A stretch of 64,000 bases of DNA from the NCBI RefSeq assembly GCF_009914755.1, contig NC_060940.1; one strand, 5' to 3'. Source of the stretch: the human T2T-CHM13v2.0 reference genome, Homo sapiens. Made by a program: the position numbers and the translations under genes. Below, piece by piece: positions 30,340 through 43,520 of the stretch. The notes under the pieces are model-generated. The model saw nothing but the letters and a program-made list of their open reading frames with translations. It made no database searches and was not told the origin of the DNA. Numbering within the stretch: the first letter of the stretch is position 1; the number at the start of each line of letters is the position of its first letter.

Positions 30340-30635
30340 GGCCAAGCACAGTGGCTCACGCCTGTAATTTATCCAGCACTTTGGGAGGCAGGTGGACAGA
30401 TCACTTGAGGTCAGGAGTTCGAGACCAGCCTGGGCAACATGGCAAAACTCCATCTCTACAAAAACGAAAAACTAGCCACGTGTGGTGGTATGCACCTGTA
30501 GTCCAAGCTGCTTGGGAAGCTGAGGTGGGAGGATCGCTTGAGCCCAGCAGGTCAAGACTGAAGTGAGCCAAGATCACACCACTGCACTCCAGTCTGGGCG
30601 ATAGAGTAAGACCTGTCTCAAAAAACAAACAAAAA

Positions 30636-30679
<44 letters not shown>

Positions 30680-30830
30680 CCAGGTGTGGTGGTGGGAGCC
30701 TGTAGTCCCAGCTACTTGGGAGGCTGAGGCGGGAGGATCACAGCCTCCCGGGAGGTTCCCGTGAGCCAAGATCATACCACTGCACTCCAGCCTGGCTCTG
30801 TCTCAAAAACAAAAACACACACAAACACAA
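30340..30830 (+). mobile_element. Alu, (CA)n at 30639-30677, then an additional Alu right arm
   Basis: Full Alu, perfect CA repeat, then gccaggtgtggtgg...ctctgtctcaaaaac. Confidence 0.88.
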
Positions 30831-30967
30831 AAAAGCCCATGCTTAAACCAATCCCTGGCTTGCAGGCATTTCCAGCATTTCCTTGAACGTTTTTGCAAAT
30901 ACAGATTTGAACATAACTGATTTCAGTTCCTGTCCCCAAAACTTTTGGTTCCTTCCTTCCTTTTGTT

Positions 30968-31190
30968 CGTGGCACAATGGTGAGAGTAGGTGCTCTGGAG
31001 TCAGAATCTATCAGGGTTTGAGGACTGGGTCTGTCGTCTATGAGCTGTATGACTTCGGCCGAGCTTCTGAAACTCTGTGGGCCTCGGTTTCCTCTTCTAT
31101 AAAACACGGTGGTCGTGACAATTAAATATACTAACAAGCGTTTGATCCATAATAGAATCCCCAATGCATGGTGACTGTCGTTATCCTCAT
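30968..31190 (+). mobile_element. MIR
   Basis: gctctggagtcaga...agctgtatgacttcggc...gcctcggtttcctcttctataaaa. Confidence 0.8.
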
Positions 31191-33803
31191 CATCATGACT
31201 GTCCCCAGTCTAGTGGGAGACAGGCCAGGAGGCAGGAAGCTCCCCCTACCCCAGTGTCGAGGCCCCCATGGAGCAGGGAGGAGCTGGGATGAGGAGCATC
31301 CTTACCTGGGCAATCTGTCCAGACCCATCTCAGGGATCTCCTCCTCCTGTACCCCCCACCACCTCCACTTCCCTGCTGGCTCCTACAGCCTTTGCACCCC
31401 CTTCTCATGGTGCTTTTGGGGCATCACATGGTGTGCACCCTCATCTCTTATGAATTCAGCTAGACCTGCTCAGCACAGCAGAGTGAGAGAGAGAAGGGCA
31501 GTAGGCTTCACTGGAGTGGCCCTTCCCTGCCATCCCTCACAGTGAGCCTGGGCCCTGGAGTTGGGACATTTGGAGAACAAAGCCACTTTTCCTCAGCCAG
31601 TGCGGTTACCGTGGCCATACTCGTCCCAGTGAGTACGAGTCTAGGACTCAAAAAGTGCTTCAAGGCCTCCTAAACCCTAGCTGACACTTCCTGTGGCACT
31701 CAGGCAAAGGAACAAACAGGCTTCCAGTGTACAGGCCGGGAGCATGCCCTGCTGGACACTTCAGTGATTCTGCCCGGACTCAAGGGTTGGAAGGTGGGCA
31801 GTGACTGGTCACCTTTCTCTTCATATCTATACCGCCTGGCACTGAGGAGTCACCAAATGAATCTGTCTTAAAGCAAAGTGGGCGTATTTTTGAAGAAGTA
31901 AATATCAGCCAGGCGCCGAGGGTGGGCAGATGCACCCTGGGCACAGCACAGGTGGAAGAGGGCAGGGCGTGTACAAGACTGAGCAAGAGGAGGTAGAAGG
32001 CGAGCCAGGATATGAGGGTGTGGCAGTGCAGAGAAGGGGCCCTGCTGAAGGACAGGAAAGTGGGCTGGGAGCAGCTCCAGGAAGCCCACTTCCATGGCAC
32101 AGTTAGCAGGGATGAGGTAGCAAGAATGGAGGCGGCAGCTGGTGAAACATGCCTCTCTCATTCACCCCAGGTGAGAGGACAGTGACCCAAGCCACGGTGC
32201 GTTCAGGGATGGGGCAGGCTTGGTTAGAAGGGAGGACCCACAGGCTTCCTAGCCTGTTGGGGTGGAGGGGTGACGAGGGTCTTTGGACGACAGGCAGGTC
32301 CTATCATGTGCTTGTAGAAGCCATGGTGGTTAATTTCTGCCTTCTTTTGTAACTGTGGCATTAGGAAGCAGGACTGACCCCATTCCTCTAAATCATGCCC
32401 TGGTCTCAACCTTTCCTCCAGAGTACTTCCTCTTTTGTACAGGGCCCCTTCCCAGCCTGTGGCTGTCCTAATGAACCACCTTGCTGTGTCACCTTCAGGT
32501 GACCAAAGATGAAGGCTCCAGGGGCTCAAAGGGGAAACTGAAGGGTAACATGAGTCAGGGGTTCCAGAGGCTTGACTCAGAAGCTCTGCGCCTGTCCTGG
32601 GCAGGCCGAGCCTGATAAGTTTCCAGCCCTAAGGTGTGATTGCAGTAAACCTTCTGGAAGCCAGAGCCGGCTTCATCTACAGATGTGAGGTTTGTGGGAG
32701 GAGGCAGAAGTGCTCTTGTGGCTTAACGGGCCCTCTTGGCTCCAGCTGCTCAGAGGAGGGGCAGCTGAGAGCCACACAAGGCCTTGCCTCTGAAGTTTGA
32801 AGCATTTACAGGCACCACCTCCCCCCCTACAACTTTTTCCAGGCCACATCAGGCAAGCTCCTTTCTTAAGAACTGACCTTGTGTGTCTCTTTTTGCATCT
32901 GAGTTCTTTAGAAAAATCTCTCCCTTTTTTCCTGTGGGGCCCTGCATGCCTGCCTTGGCCCCACTGCCCGAATATGCCTTCTCTCATTTCCCTCCTGCCT
33001 CTGCCGTGTAGTTTCTAATGTAGCTCAAATGTGAAAAATTAGGTTTGCATGGTTGCCATGAATTTTACGTGAATCACATTTAAATCAATAAAGCCTGTAG
33101 AATGAATCAAGTTATCGTTATTATGAGGTAGCAGGGGGCTATTTAAAGGGGCTGTGGGCCTTTAAGCACATAATGGAAAAAGTTTCCTACTACTGGATGA
33201 TCCCCGATAAAGCACTTAACCTTTTGCAGCTCTGGGCTCCCTCAGTACCTGTGATGCGTTTGAAGTTTCTACTTTCTTCTTAGCAGGTGTGATCAAGCAG
33301 AACTAGAATGAAAGTCACATTTTCCATGACTTGTTTCTTATTTGAACAGTTGCTAATCTTTTTTTTTCTTTTTTTTTTTAAGTGGGTAGTCTTTTAAATG
33401 ACATTCTGTTTCAAATGTGTGAGCTTGGGATCTTTGATGTAAATAGCAGGAAAAAGTGGGCGGTAATGTTATGGAACGTGGAAAGCCTGCCTTTTCTAGG
33501 TCGTGCTTTTAGAGCAAGAACCAGAGAGAAGAAAGAAAGGAAAGAGAAGATGAAAAAGAAAAAAGGCTGTGCAGGGGTCACGGCTGGAAAGGCCCTCATA
33601 GCAGCCTGGCACATCATGTTCTGACTCTGGGTGCAGGGCTCCCCCCACCTCCCCATTTTCACCTTGATCAGTCCTGACATTCTCTCCACGGGCCAGCTCT
33701 GGTCTGTGTGTTGGGAATGACCACTCCAGGAACAGAGTCCAGGCAGTCAGCATAGCTGAGGGTTTGCCACAGTGCTCTGGACAGTTGAGTAAGACAGGAG
33801 CTA

Positions 33804-34265
<462 letters not shown>

Positions 34266-34326
34266 TTACCTTTTAATTACACAAATACTGTGCAAATACC
34301 TTGTCTTTGTAAGAAAACAAAACTAA

Positions 34327-34642
34327 GGCCAGATACCATGGCTCACGCATGTAATCCCAGTTACTTTGGGAGGCTGAGGCGAGGGTTGTGGGGGATCACT
34401 TGAGCCCAGGAGTTGGAGACCAGACTGGGCAACATAGCAAGACCCCATCTCTAAAAAAAAAAAATTTTATGTAGCTGGGTGTTGTGGTATTCATCTATAG
34501 TCCCAGCTGCTCAGGAGGCTGAGGTGGGAGGATCATTTGAGTCCGGGAAGTCAAGCCTATAGTGAGCTGTGATGGCATCACCGCACTCCATCCTGGGTGA
34601 CAGAGTGAGACCCTGTCTCAAAAAGTAAAATAAAATAAAAAC
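34327..34642 (+). mobile_element. AluJ-like
   Basis: Full Alu with (TAAAA)n tail. Confidence 0.9.
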
Positions 34643-36269
34643 TAAGTAATGTCCACCCTCCTCATCCCACTTCCCTGGATAACCACAGTCACAGTGGGTA
34701 TGTTTTCTTCCAGACCTGTGTCCCAAGAAGCACACAGAGACCCACGGGAGGAATACAGACCATTGAAAGTTTTCTAAATTTATTTCCTGATTATAAAAGT
34801 ATTATCTATTCACTGTAGAAAATTAAGAGAAACAAGCATTTAAAAAACACTTGTAACCATACCATACCCCAAAGATAACCACATGAGTTCATTTTACAAA
34901 AATGAGGTCACCCTGTGCACGCTGTTCGATAACCTTAATTTTTCACTCCAGGCCTTATGGGGGTGCCTTGTCCCTGCATCACCAAGCTGTGTGTCTCATC
35001 AAGACTTTTCCAGAGGTGGTGCCTGAGGCAATTCTTGGTTGGCAAATGTAGGAATATTTTGTCCATGTACGTAATCATGTCTTCTATGAAAGATGATGCT
35101 GATTTTGCGTTGATGTAAATGAAATTTTCCTTATAAATTTCAATACAAAGGGAGGGACATAATCTAAAGAAAACATCACATAAACGGTACAGGTGGTACA
35201 ACTAGGAAAAAATCCTTAGGATGGTCAGGAAATGACTAAAGTTTAGGAACCACCATTTTAACAGCATTTTTAAAAAACTGACTGTATAACATGCCACCAT
35301 GAGGGCCTGCCAAGATTTAGTTTCCCAGTATCTGTGAATTTTTCCCTTTTTAAGTCCTCCCCACCCCAAGTTTGAACTTCCCTGTAGCTGAATCTCTACA
35401 CCCAACCATGAGAACGGCGGTAACCTAAAATTCTAGAACAGGTTAAAGGACATGCCCAGCTGAAAGACTTCTTTGCCAATTGCCAAGTTGCCCTCCAGGA
35501 AGGCTGTCCCAGTGTGAGCAGCTGGGTGAGTAACCAGGGGCTGTTTTCCTGATGAAAATTCACAACTGTGAGTAAATGCCTCACATCCCTTACCAATTTT
35601 CTTATCTGAAAGATTTAATCAGCTCCCTCGCCCTTGACAGGTTTCTTTCTCTGTGTTTTGGGGGCCTCTGTAAGTGCCTTTTAATATTTCCATTGTGTGT
35701 GTTAATCTTTCATTAGAATTTGATGCATCAGAAATATTTTTAAAAAGCTTAGTTCAATTAATTTCCTTCCCTGCCCTATTATTTTACTTCCTTCTTTACC
35801 TGAATCATTAATGGCAAGGAGCACCGACACAGAACTGAGTTCAGGGCTGTTCTAATTAACTCCCGGGGATGTTATGAGCAATCCATCAGTCCTGGGGTTG
35901 CATTACAGCCTCCGTATTTACTGGTGTTTTTTCAGTGAGCTTTCCCTGTGTGTGAAAAATCCAGCAGCTTTTTGGCCCCATTGGTTTACGTCTGTTTTAT
36001 GAATGGCCTGAAACGTCTTGCCCCAGTGTCTGAGAGTGTGATGAGGAAAAGGATTTTGTGCTTTGCTTTGTTTTTCAATTATCCATGGGCTGTGAGTTCC
36101 TTGCATTATAATAGCAGGAGCACAAACCTATGATCAGACTCCACCAACTTCAGTGTTGGCTCAGGGTATGACCTTGGGCAGGTTTGTCTCCTCAGCTGGC
36201 CCACGGGCGACAGGTGTAGGGAGGTCTGCCTCCCACAAGTGATGCCACAAGGCCAAGTGGTATGTAGAC

Positions 36270-36426
36270 TTGGCTGTGTGGTAGAATCACTTGGAGAGCT
36301 TTAAGGCGCCCGGTGCCCAGGTCACACCCCACACCAATTAAATCAGACTGTCTGGGGGCAGGAGCCAGCATCTGTTTTCAGTGATCCCAGGTGATCCTAC
36401 ATGCAGTAGAGTTTGGGAGCCACCGC
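36270..36426. mobile_element. MER5A1-like hAT MITE within a MIR
   Basis: tagaatcacttggagagcttt...caccccacaccaattaaatcaga...cccaggtgatcct...gtttgggagccac. Confidence 0.75.
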
Positions 36427-37576
36427 TCTAGGGATTAACCGAGGCCTCTGCAGCACGCACTAGCATGGTGGCAAACAATGAGTTCTCAGTGCCCACCCCT
36501 CAACAGAAAAGCCAGAAGATGGAGACACAGAAGTCAGATCCTGCTCAGCCCCATCTCCAAGGAACGGCCATGTGAGCCTGTGTACTGAGAATGCGTGCCT
36601 GTGCACGCCGAGGATGCAGAAAGGGACAGGGGACCAAGTGGCAGGTAGCCTTTTCTTCTAAACTGCTACCAGGTATTTGCATCCCAGCCTGTTTAGTGTT
36701 GCTGCTGAGTCCCCTCCACCTTCAAGAACTGTCAGCCTCTTCAGTAAGGAGACGTGGGGTCCCAGCTGTGGCTTCCTAAGAGCTGAGCGTGAGGGCGTTA
36801 GTGTGGCCATCCATAATGGTATTTGGGATCTGACAAGTCTCCAAACCACTTGTCCATAGACCCTCCAGGGCCCTGCACCCTGAGAACCAGCCTGGTGGGG
36901 CTGGAGTCCTAAAATCTGCACTTTGTCCCAGTACCGGGTGCCCCAGGCTGCCAATGGGCCTCCCTTCGAGGAACCCTGGATCTCTCCCAAGACGCTGTGT
37001 GTGAGCTTCAGCCTTTCCAGTTGCCTGCACATTCTCGCCCAAGTGCTGTGTGTGGGAGTAACTTTTCAACTCCTTCGTTCAAGAGCCTTTCCCACCCCTC
37101 CACTGGGCCCAGTCCTATGTGGGGGCCAGGACAGAGAGATGCCCAGGCAGTGAGCAGGTCAGACCCTGCTCATCCTCAGAGGCCAGGGTGGAGGGAGGCA
37201 GGTGACCCATGAGGAATCCCTTCCAGCAGTGAGACCTGTGGCACCCCATGCCCATTGATCATACCTACTTGCTCTGTGACACGGAGAGACAGCTGTGTGG
37301 GAATGGGCTTTCTGTGTGCTCTGCAGAGAGCGTGGCGGCTAAGGTGAGGCATGGGAGTCATAACCCCCAGGCTGAGTGAGCCAAGAGTGCATGTGGCCAG
37401 AGCGCCCCATTCCTTCCAGGTCAGGGAGCTCCAAGGCCCTGGGCCAGGCTGCTTCATGCCACCCGGGTTTGCCAGGACAGGTCATTCTCATGCACGGCTC
37501 ATCGGCAGACGTGGAGCAGAGCTGTTTCCCACGGTCCCACACAGTGGACAGGGTCTCGTTTTCTTCCCTCTAACCC

Positions 37577-37844
37577 TTCGCTGTCCAACACGGTAGCCAC
37601 TTGTGGCTGTCTAAATCTACATTAATGAAAATTAAGGTTAAATAAAATTAAACATTTCTGTTCCACTGTCACACCACATTTCAAGTGCTCAGTCGTGGAT
37701 AGCAAGACAACGGAAAAAGGATATTTAATTGTATTTAATTTTAATTGAAATGCAAATAGCCACATGTGTGGTGGCTCTGTACTAGACAGCATGGTCGTAG
37801 GACATTTCCATCAATGCAGAAAGTCCTTTTGGGCAGCAGCGCTG
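37577..37844 (-). mobile_element. MER3 hAT MITE with an extra internal inverted segment
   Basis: cgctgtccaacacggtagccac...ccacatttcaagtgctcagt...acatttccatcaatgcagaaagt...cagcgctg. Confidence 0.75.
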
Positions 37845-40062
37845 TCTAGCAGGTGGGGTAAAATCAGGAAACAAGAAAGGCAAGGGTTTGGAGTCTTTCA
37901 GGATCCCAGCTCCGTCACTTTCTAGTGTGTGGCTGCATGCTGTCAACTCTGCTGGGGCCCAGGCGTCCTCGTCTGGAACTGAAAGCCCAGATTTGTGTGG
38001 CTACCTCCTCACCCAGGTGCGAGGACGGGGCAAAGTGAGGATGGTAACAGTAACAGAGGTGTGGACTGGGCACTTGCTCTCTGCTTTCATTCTTCCCTGC
38101 CTGGGACCCACGTGCTGTTTTCACCCCTGTTTACAGATGGGAAAGTAGAGGCCCAGAGCCTGTGCTGTGTTTAAGTGTCCAGCATGTGGCAGGAAGCAGA
38201 GACAGTGGGGATTGTGATTCTTACCTATCTAGCCAGAGTTGCACCTGGGGTTTGGAGGCACGGCTGACTGGGTACACAGGCTCTACACCCCTGCCAACTG
38301 TCTGACCACGGTGGCTCTGCCTATGACACACTTATTTACTATTGGACAGCCTGACTAGCTCTTTTCTTAACTTTTGCCTAAAAAAAATTCAATCCATGGC
38401 TTCCTAGCTCTGAACTTGCCTCTGTGCATCAAGCTGAAGAAGGTGCAGGAGTTTCAGAGCCAGTCATTCCTTAACAGGGAGGTAAGACTGCGGGGGACTC
38501 AGCAATTTGGAGCCTGGGCTTTCTCACCACCTATCATGCCCTCCTACGGTCCTGCCAAAATCTCCTGTCTCTCTTTCACCTTTCCCTTTCTCCGCCTGCT
38601 GGTGGATTTCCTCTGCCAAGAAATTAGCAAGAGCAGCTGAAGGCGGTGATGCACACGGCCCGGCCAAAGTGAAGTCACCCCTGCTCCTGCTGTGAAAGCT
38701 GCTGATCTCTTTCTTAGCACAGGCAGCCAAATGTGGTTTACCCTTCTGGTCCAGATTTCACTAACTTAGTGTGGCCCAGAGAATCTTTTTACAAGATTGG
38801 GGTTTGGTTTCAAGCACATGGAGGGACTTGGACCTGACTCACTTGGGCATTTCCTGCTTGGGGTCCTGGGAATTGACCTCCCGGAAGATAACATTAGCAG
38901 CACAACCTCAAGTCAGTTACTGACCCTCTCAGGGTCTCAGCTTTCTCATGTGTAATGTGCAGATAATGGTACTGCCTGGGCTGGGTGGTTTTGAGTGCTT
39001 AGCTCAGTGTCAGATGCTTATTAAATATTACACTGTAACTGTTAGTATCTGAAATTAGCATGGGTATATGTTTGCAAGTGGCTGGAACTTTTGAAGAGTT
39101 TATTTGCAGGGTTTGCAGATGAACTTTTAAACAAAGTCTGTAACGGGTTGAATATACCTTTCCATTGTGCTGGTACAGTTTATACTCACAGATTTCTTTC
39201 AGTTACTGCTTTATGGTCTGTCTGTTGAGACTGTGGCTGCGTGAGGGCCAGACCTTCATTTTCAGCCCTGCAGCCCTAGTACCTGGGACTGTGCTTGGCC
39301 CATAGTAGATACACAGTAACTGTTTGATGAATTAATAAATAAAGGAACAAATGTCATGTTATTTTTTCTTAATATGCTTAGTAAACTCTTTGTTCGTGTT
39401 ATATTTTAAGTTCCAGTCCAGGTCTTCATTATAAGCTTCCAATTAAGGGCCTGAGTTACATTTCACTGAATAATGATAGGCAAAAACCTTCAGTTCTCGC
39501 AGTGATCTTCCTAGTGTCCCCAGTTCCTGGGCAACTATTTATAGTCCTAGGTGTGGCTTTAATAAGCCACCCTTGTTGATGGGTCCCCACCCTCCGCAGC
39601 CTCACCCCCAACAGTCCTCACTGCCCTCTTCCTCATATCCCAGCCCCAACAAAGGACAGGAGTTTCCCAAACTCACCATGTTCCCTCCTGCCTCTGGCCC
39701 ATGGTACATGCCCCTTCCCTGCATGTCCTTGACTGTCGCACTCTGCGTGTCACACTCTGCGTGTCTTGTTCATTCTGTTTTCTCCCTACTGGGCTGTGAG
39801 GTCCTACAGAGCAGGGACTGAGCCTTTTATCTTGTCTCTCCAACACCTTGGATGTCCAAGGTAGGCATCCCTCCTCTCCACAGACGTCTAGTGAGCACAT
39901 ACCGTGTGCCTGGCCATGAGCAGTGAACAAAAATGACAAAAATCCTTGCCCTCATAGAACTAATGTTCTAGAAGATACTCCATAAAAGTTTCTTGAATGA
40001 ATGGAGCTCCCTTTTTTATTTTGCCCTTCATGAATTTCATAAGTAGTTCGTGTACAAGTTCA

Positions 40063-40063
40063 T

Positions 40064-40095
<32 letters not shown>

Positions 40096-40386
40096 GAAAC
40101 AGGGTATCCTTCTGTTGCCCAAGTTGGAGTGCAGTGATGCAATTATGGTCACTGTAGCTTTGACCTCCCTAGGCTCAAGTGATCCTCCCACCTCAGCCCC
40201 CCGAGTAGCTGGGACCACAGGTGCACACCACCACATCCAGATAATTTTTGCTTTTTTTTTTTTTTTTTTGTAGGGACACGGTCTTGCCATGTTGCCTAGG
40301 CTGGTCTCAAACTCTTGGGCTTGAGCAATCTGCCTACCTCAGCCTCCCAAAGTGTTGGGATTATAGGTGTGAGCCACCGCACCTAG
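40063..40386 (-). mobile_element. AluJ-like
   Basis: Full antisense Alu. agttcattttt flanks both sides. Confidence 0.9.
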
Positions 40387-41560
40387 TTCATTTTTAAAAG
40401 AATTAAAAACTCAGAGGGAAAAATAGTTTGAGATTCTCCATTTTTACCATGGCTGAAACGTAGTTTAAATAAGGCCATCTGATTGGGGGTGTGGTATTGT
40501 ATTACACACAGCTGTGCTGATAAGATTGCGTTTCACTTAAATCACATGCTTCCAGAATGTTGCTCTGCTGCCCAAAGTTTATTAGTAATCAGTTTGAACA
40601 CAAAAGATTAAAAACGTAAAGCAGGGAATTTGGTTTGTGAGGTATACGCTTTTGTTTAAGTCCAAAGGTACAGCTTGTCTCCACCAGAGGTCTCCTATAT
40701 TTTACTGTTAATGTTTGAAGTATATTGAATTCCCACAAGCTAATTAAAAATCAGACTGCTGTGCCGGTAAGCATTCACTCTGTGAACTAATTTCTGCCAA
40801 ACGGCTATAAATGTGTCCCCTGGTATGAAATTTAGACATTCTTTCCCATCAGAAAAGAGGCATGTGGTTTAGTCCCAACCGCTTCATTTGAGTGACAAGG
40901 AAGCTGAGGTCCACCTGGAAAGGTCGGTTGCCCTGACTGAGGCCACACAGCCTAGTAAGTGGCCCCACTGGGCATCAGACCCAGGCCCCTTCTCCATCTC
41001 AGCTCAGTGTTCTCCCCACCAAATCCTGCTGGTTCTTGCTGGGTGGAACTCAGAGAGCTGCTGTTACTCCTAAGTGCCAGGCACTATCCTAGCACCTTAC
41101 AAACATCATTGAGTTTTCATAGTAACACTATAGGGACAGTATTGTTAATATCACCTCTATTTGCTGATGAGGTACCTGAGGGCCAGAGGGGAGACGGCAA
41201 CAAGCCGAGGTCCCACACTGGTAAGGGGCAGAGCTCAGTCTAAAGCAGCAGGCGGCCTGGTCCTCACTGTGCCTTCACCACAAGGCTGAACTGTCCCTGG
41301 AGGCTGAAACTCAGGGACAGACACAGAGGGAGGGCCTGAGAGATGGGCAAGCGAATGCTCCCCGGACCTTCTGGCGGAAATGAGGTGAAGAGCCTCAAAC
41401 CCCAGAGGTTTGGTGGAAAATGGGAGGCTAGTGCTGGGCCCACAAGGGTCAGATCCAAGAATATGCTGGGGAGGAGCCAGCAGTCCCCCCAGAGAGGCCC
41501 AGTGGCGCTGCTCTCCACCTCTGCTTGGCCCATTGCTGGGCTTCTTTCAAGATCAATTTA

Positions 41561-41872
<312 letters not shown>

Positions 41873-42366
41873 TCACCTCCTGCAAGAAGCCTTCTCTGAC
41901 CCTTGGGCTGTGTCATGGCCTGTCTTCCAGCAGTCTACATCCTCCTGGTCTTCCCCTGCTGTGGCTCTTGTCCCATGGCATGTAATTGTCACTTCTTTGG
42001 GCTCCCATGCTAGACAGGAACCCCTGAGGGACAAGTCTTACCCATCTCTGTGGTCCTCTTTGCCAAGCAGAGTCCAGCACCCCCAGAAATGTTTGAATGA
42101 AAAGTCTGAGGCAGTGATGAATGGGTGTACCGGTTCCATCTATGAAGCCTTTTCTTCCCCACAACTGGCCTATGTCGGAGGAGAATCTGGGTTGGATGTT
42201 AGCAGGAGAGAATGCCTCCTTGCTTAGAAGAGCCTTGAATGCCAGGCTCAGATCCATTTGACCAGAAGAGCTCCTTGAGGTCTGGCCAGCATCTGTGGGT
42301 ACCAGGATCCCCCACAGATGTGTGTGGCACCCACAGATGCCTTCTCTAGCAGTGTTAGTAATATAG

Positions 42367-42702
<336 letters not shown>

Positions 42703-43400
42703 ATATCCCAGAGGTTTTAACATATTCTCTAGACTATGTCCTCTGCCTGGGGACCTCACCCCCTAAGGAAGGAGAATACCCTGGGCCAGGATCTGCTCTC
42801 TGGAATACCCTTGTGTACTTTTCTGATGAGGTGCCTTACAGAGGAAATCCAAGGGAAAGAGAAGATGTAGCCCCATCTTCAAGAACTTCTCTCCAGAGGG
42901 AGGAAGGAGAGGTGGGCCCATACCACGAAGGTGGAGAAAAATCACAAGCCCTCTCTGCACCCCAGCTTACTTGTTCCCAACAGCATTCCTACAAAGTAGG
43001 GGTGTCCTCATTTTTCAGATAAGGAAACAGCCTCTGAAGGGTCACCCAGTGTAAGGATGCATCTGCCTTCTTCATCCCTGTAGCCCAGTACCCGACACAC
43101 AGTAGCCCCATAGCCCTAGGCACAAATGGGGTAGAGAGACCCTGACCACATCCTGTGGAAGGTCCAGAGCAGAGCCATCACAGAGGGCTTCCGAAGACCA
43201 GGATACCCTTGTTCCTGGGCTGCTGGGCTGCTGAACAGCGGGGAAGAGGAGCTGTGTGAACCTAGATTCCATGTGACTTTATCTGGCTGCATAATGAGCT
43301 TAAGTATTCAGATCTTTTCTTGGAAATCTCAAGTATTCCATTTGGCTGCCTCACAGAGTTAGGCAATTTTATTTACTCATGCTAAACAGGGCCATTTTCA

Positions 43401-43520
43401 GAGAGGAAATTATGCAATGTACTATGCAAATGTGGCATTCCGAGAGCAGAGATAAGTGTGGTCACCGATGCATTGTAAGATGAGATCGTGTCTCTGGCAG
43501 CTGGGTGTCACTTGATAAGG
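43401..43520. promoter_or_regulatory. Candidate haematopoietic enhancer core (ETS, C/EBP, octamer, GATA, RUNX, E-box-GATA)
   Basis: GAGGAA 43403, ATTATGCAAT 43409, ATGCAAAT 43424, AGATAAG 43450, TGTGGT 43457, CAGCTG-N9-TGATAA 43498-43518, in apparently non-repeat DNA. Motif evidence only. Confidence 0.45.

Noticed and set aside
33268-33292. Possible recursive splice site (tttcttcttagcAG|GTGTGA), and similar sites near 36672 and 45945
   Set aside because: The regenerated donors are weak compared with the AG|GTAAG consensus, and such matches are expected by chance in 59 kb.
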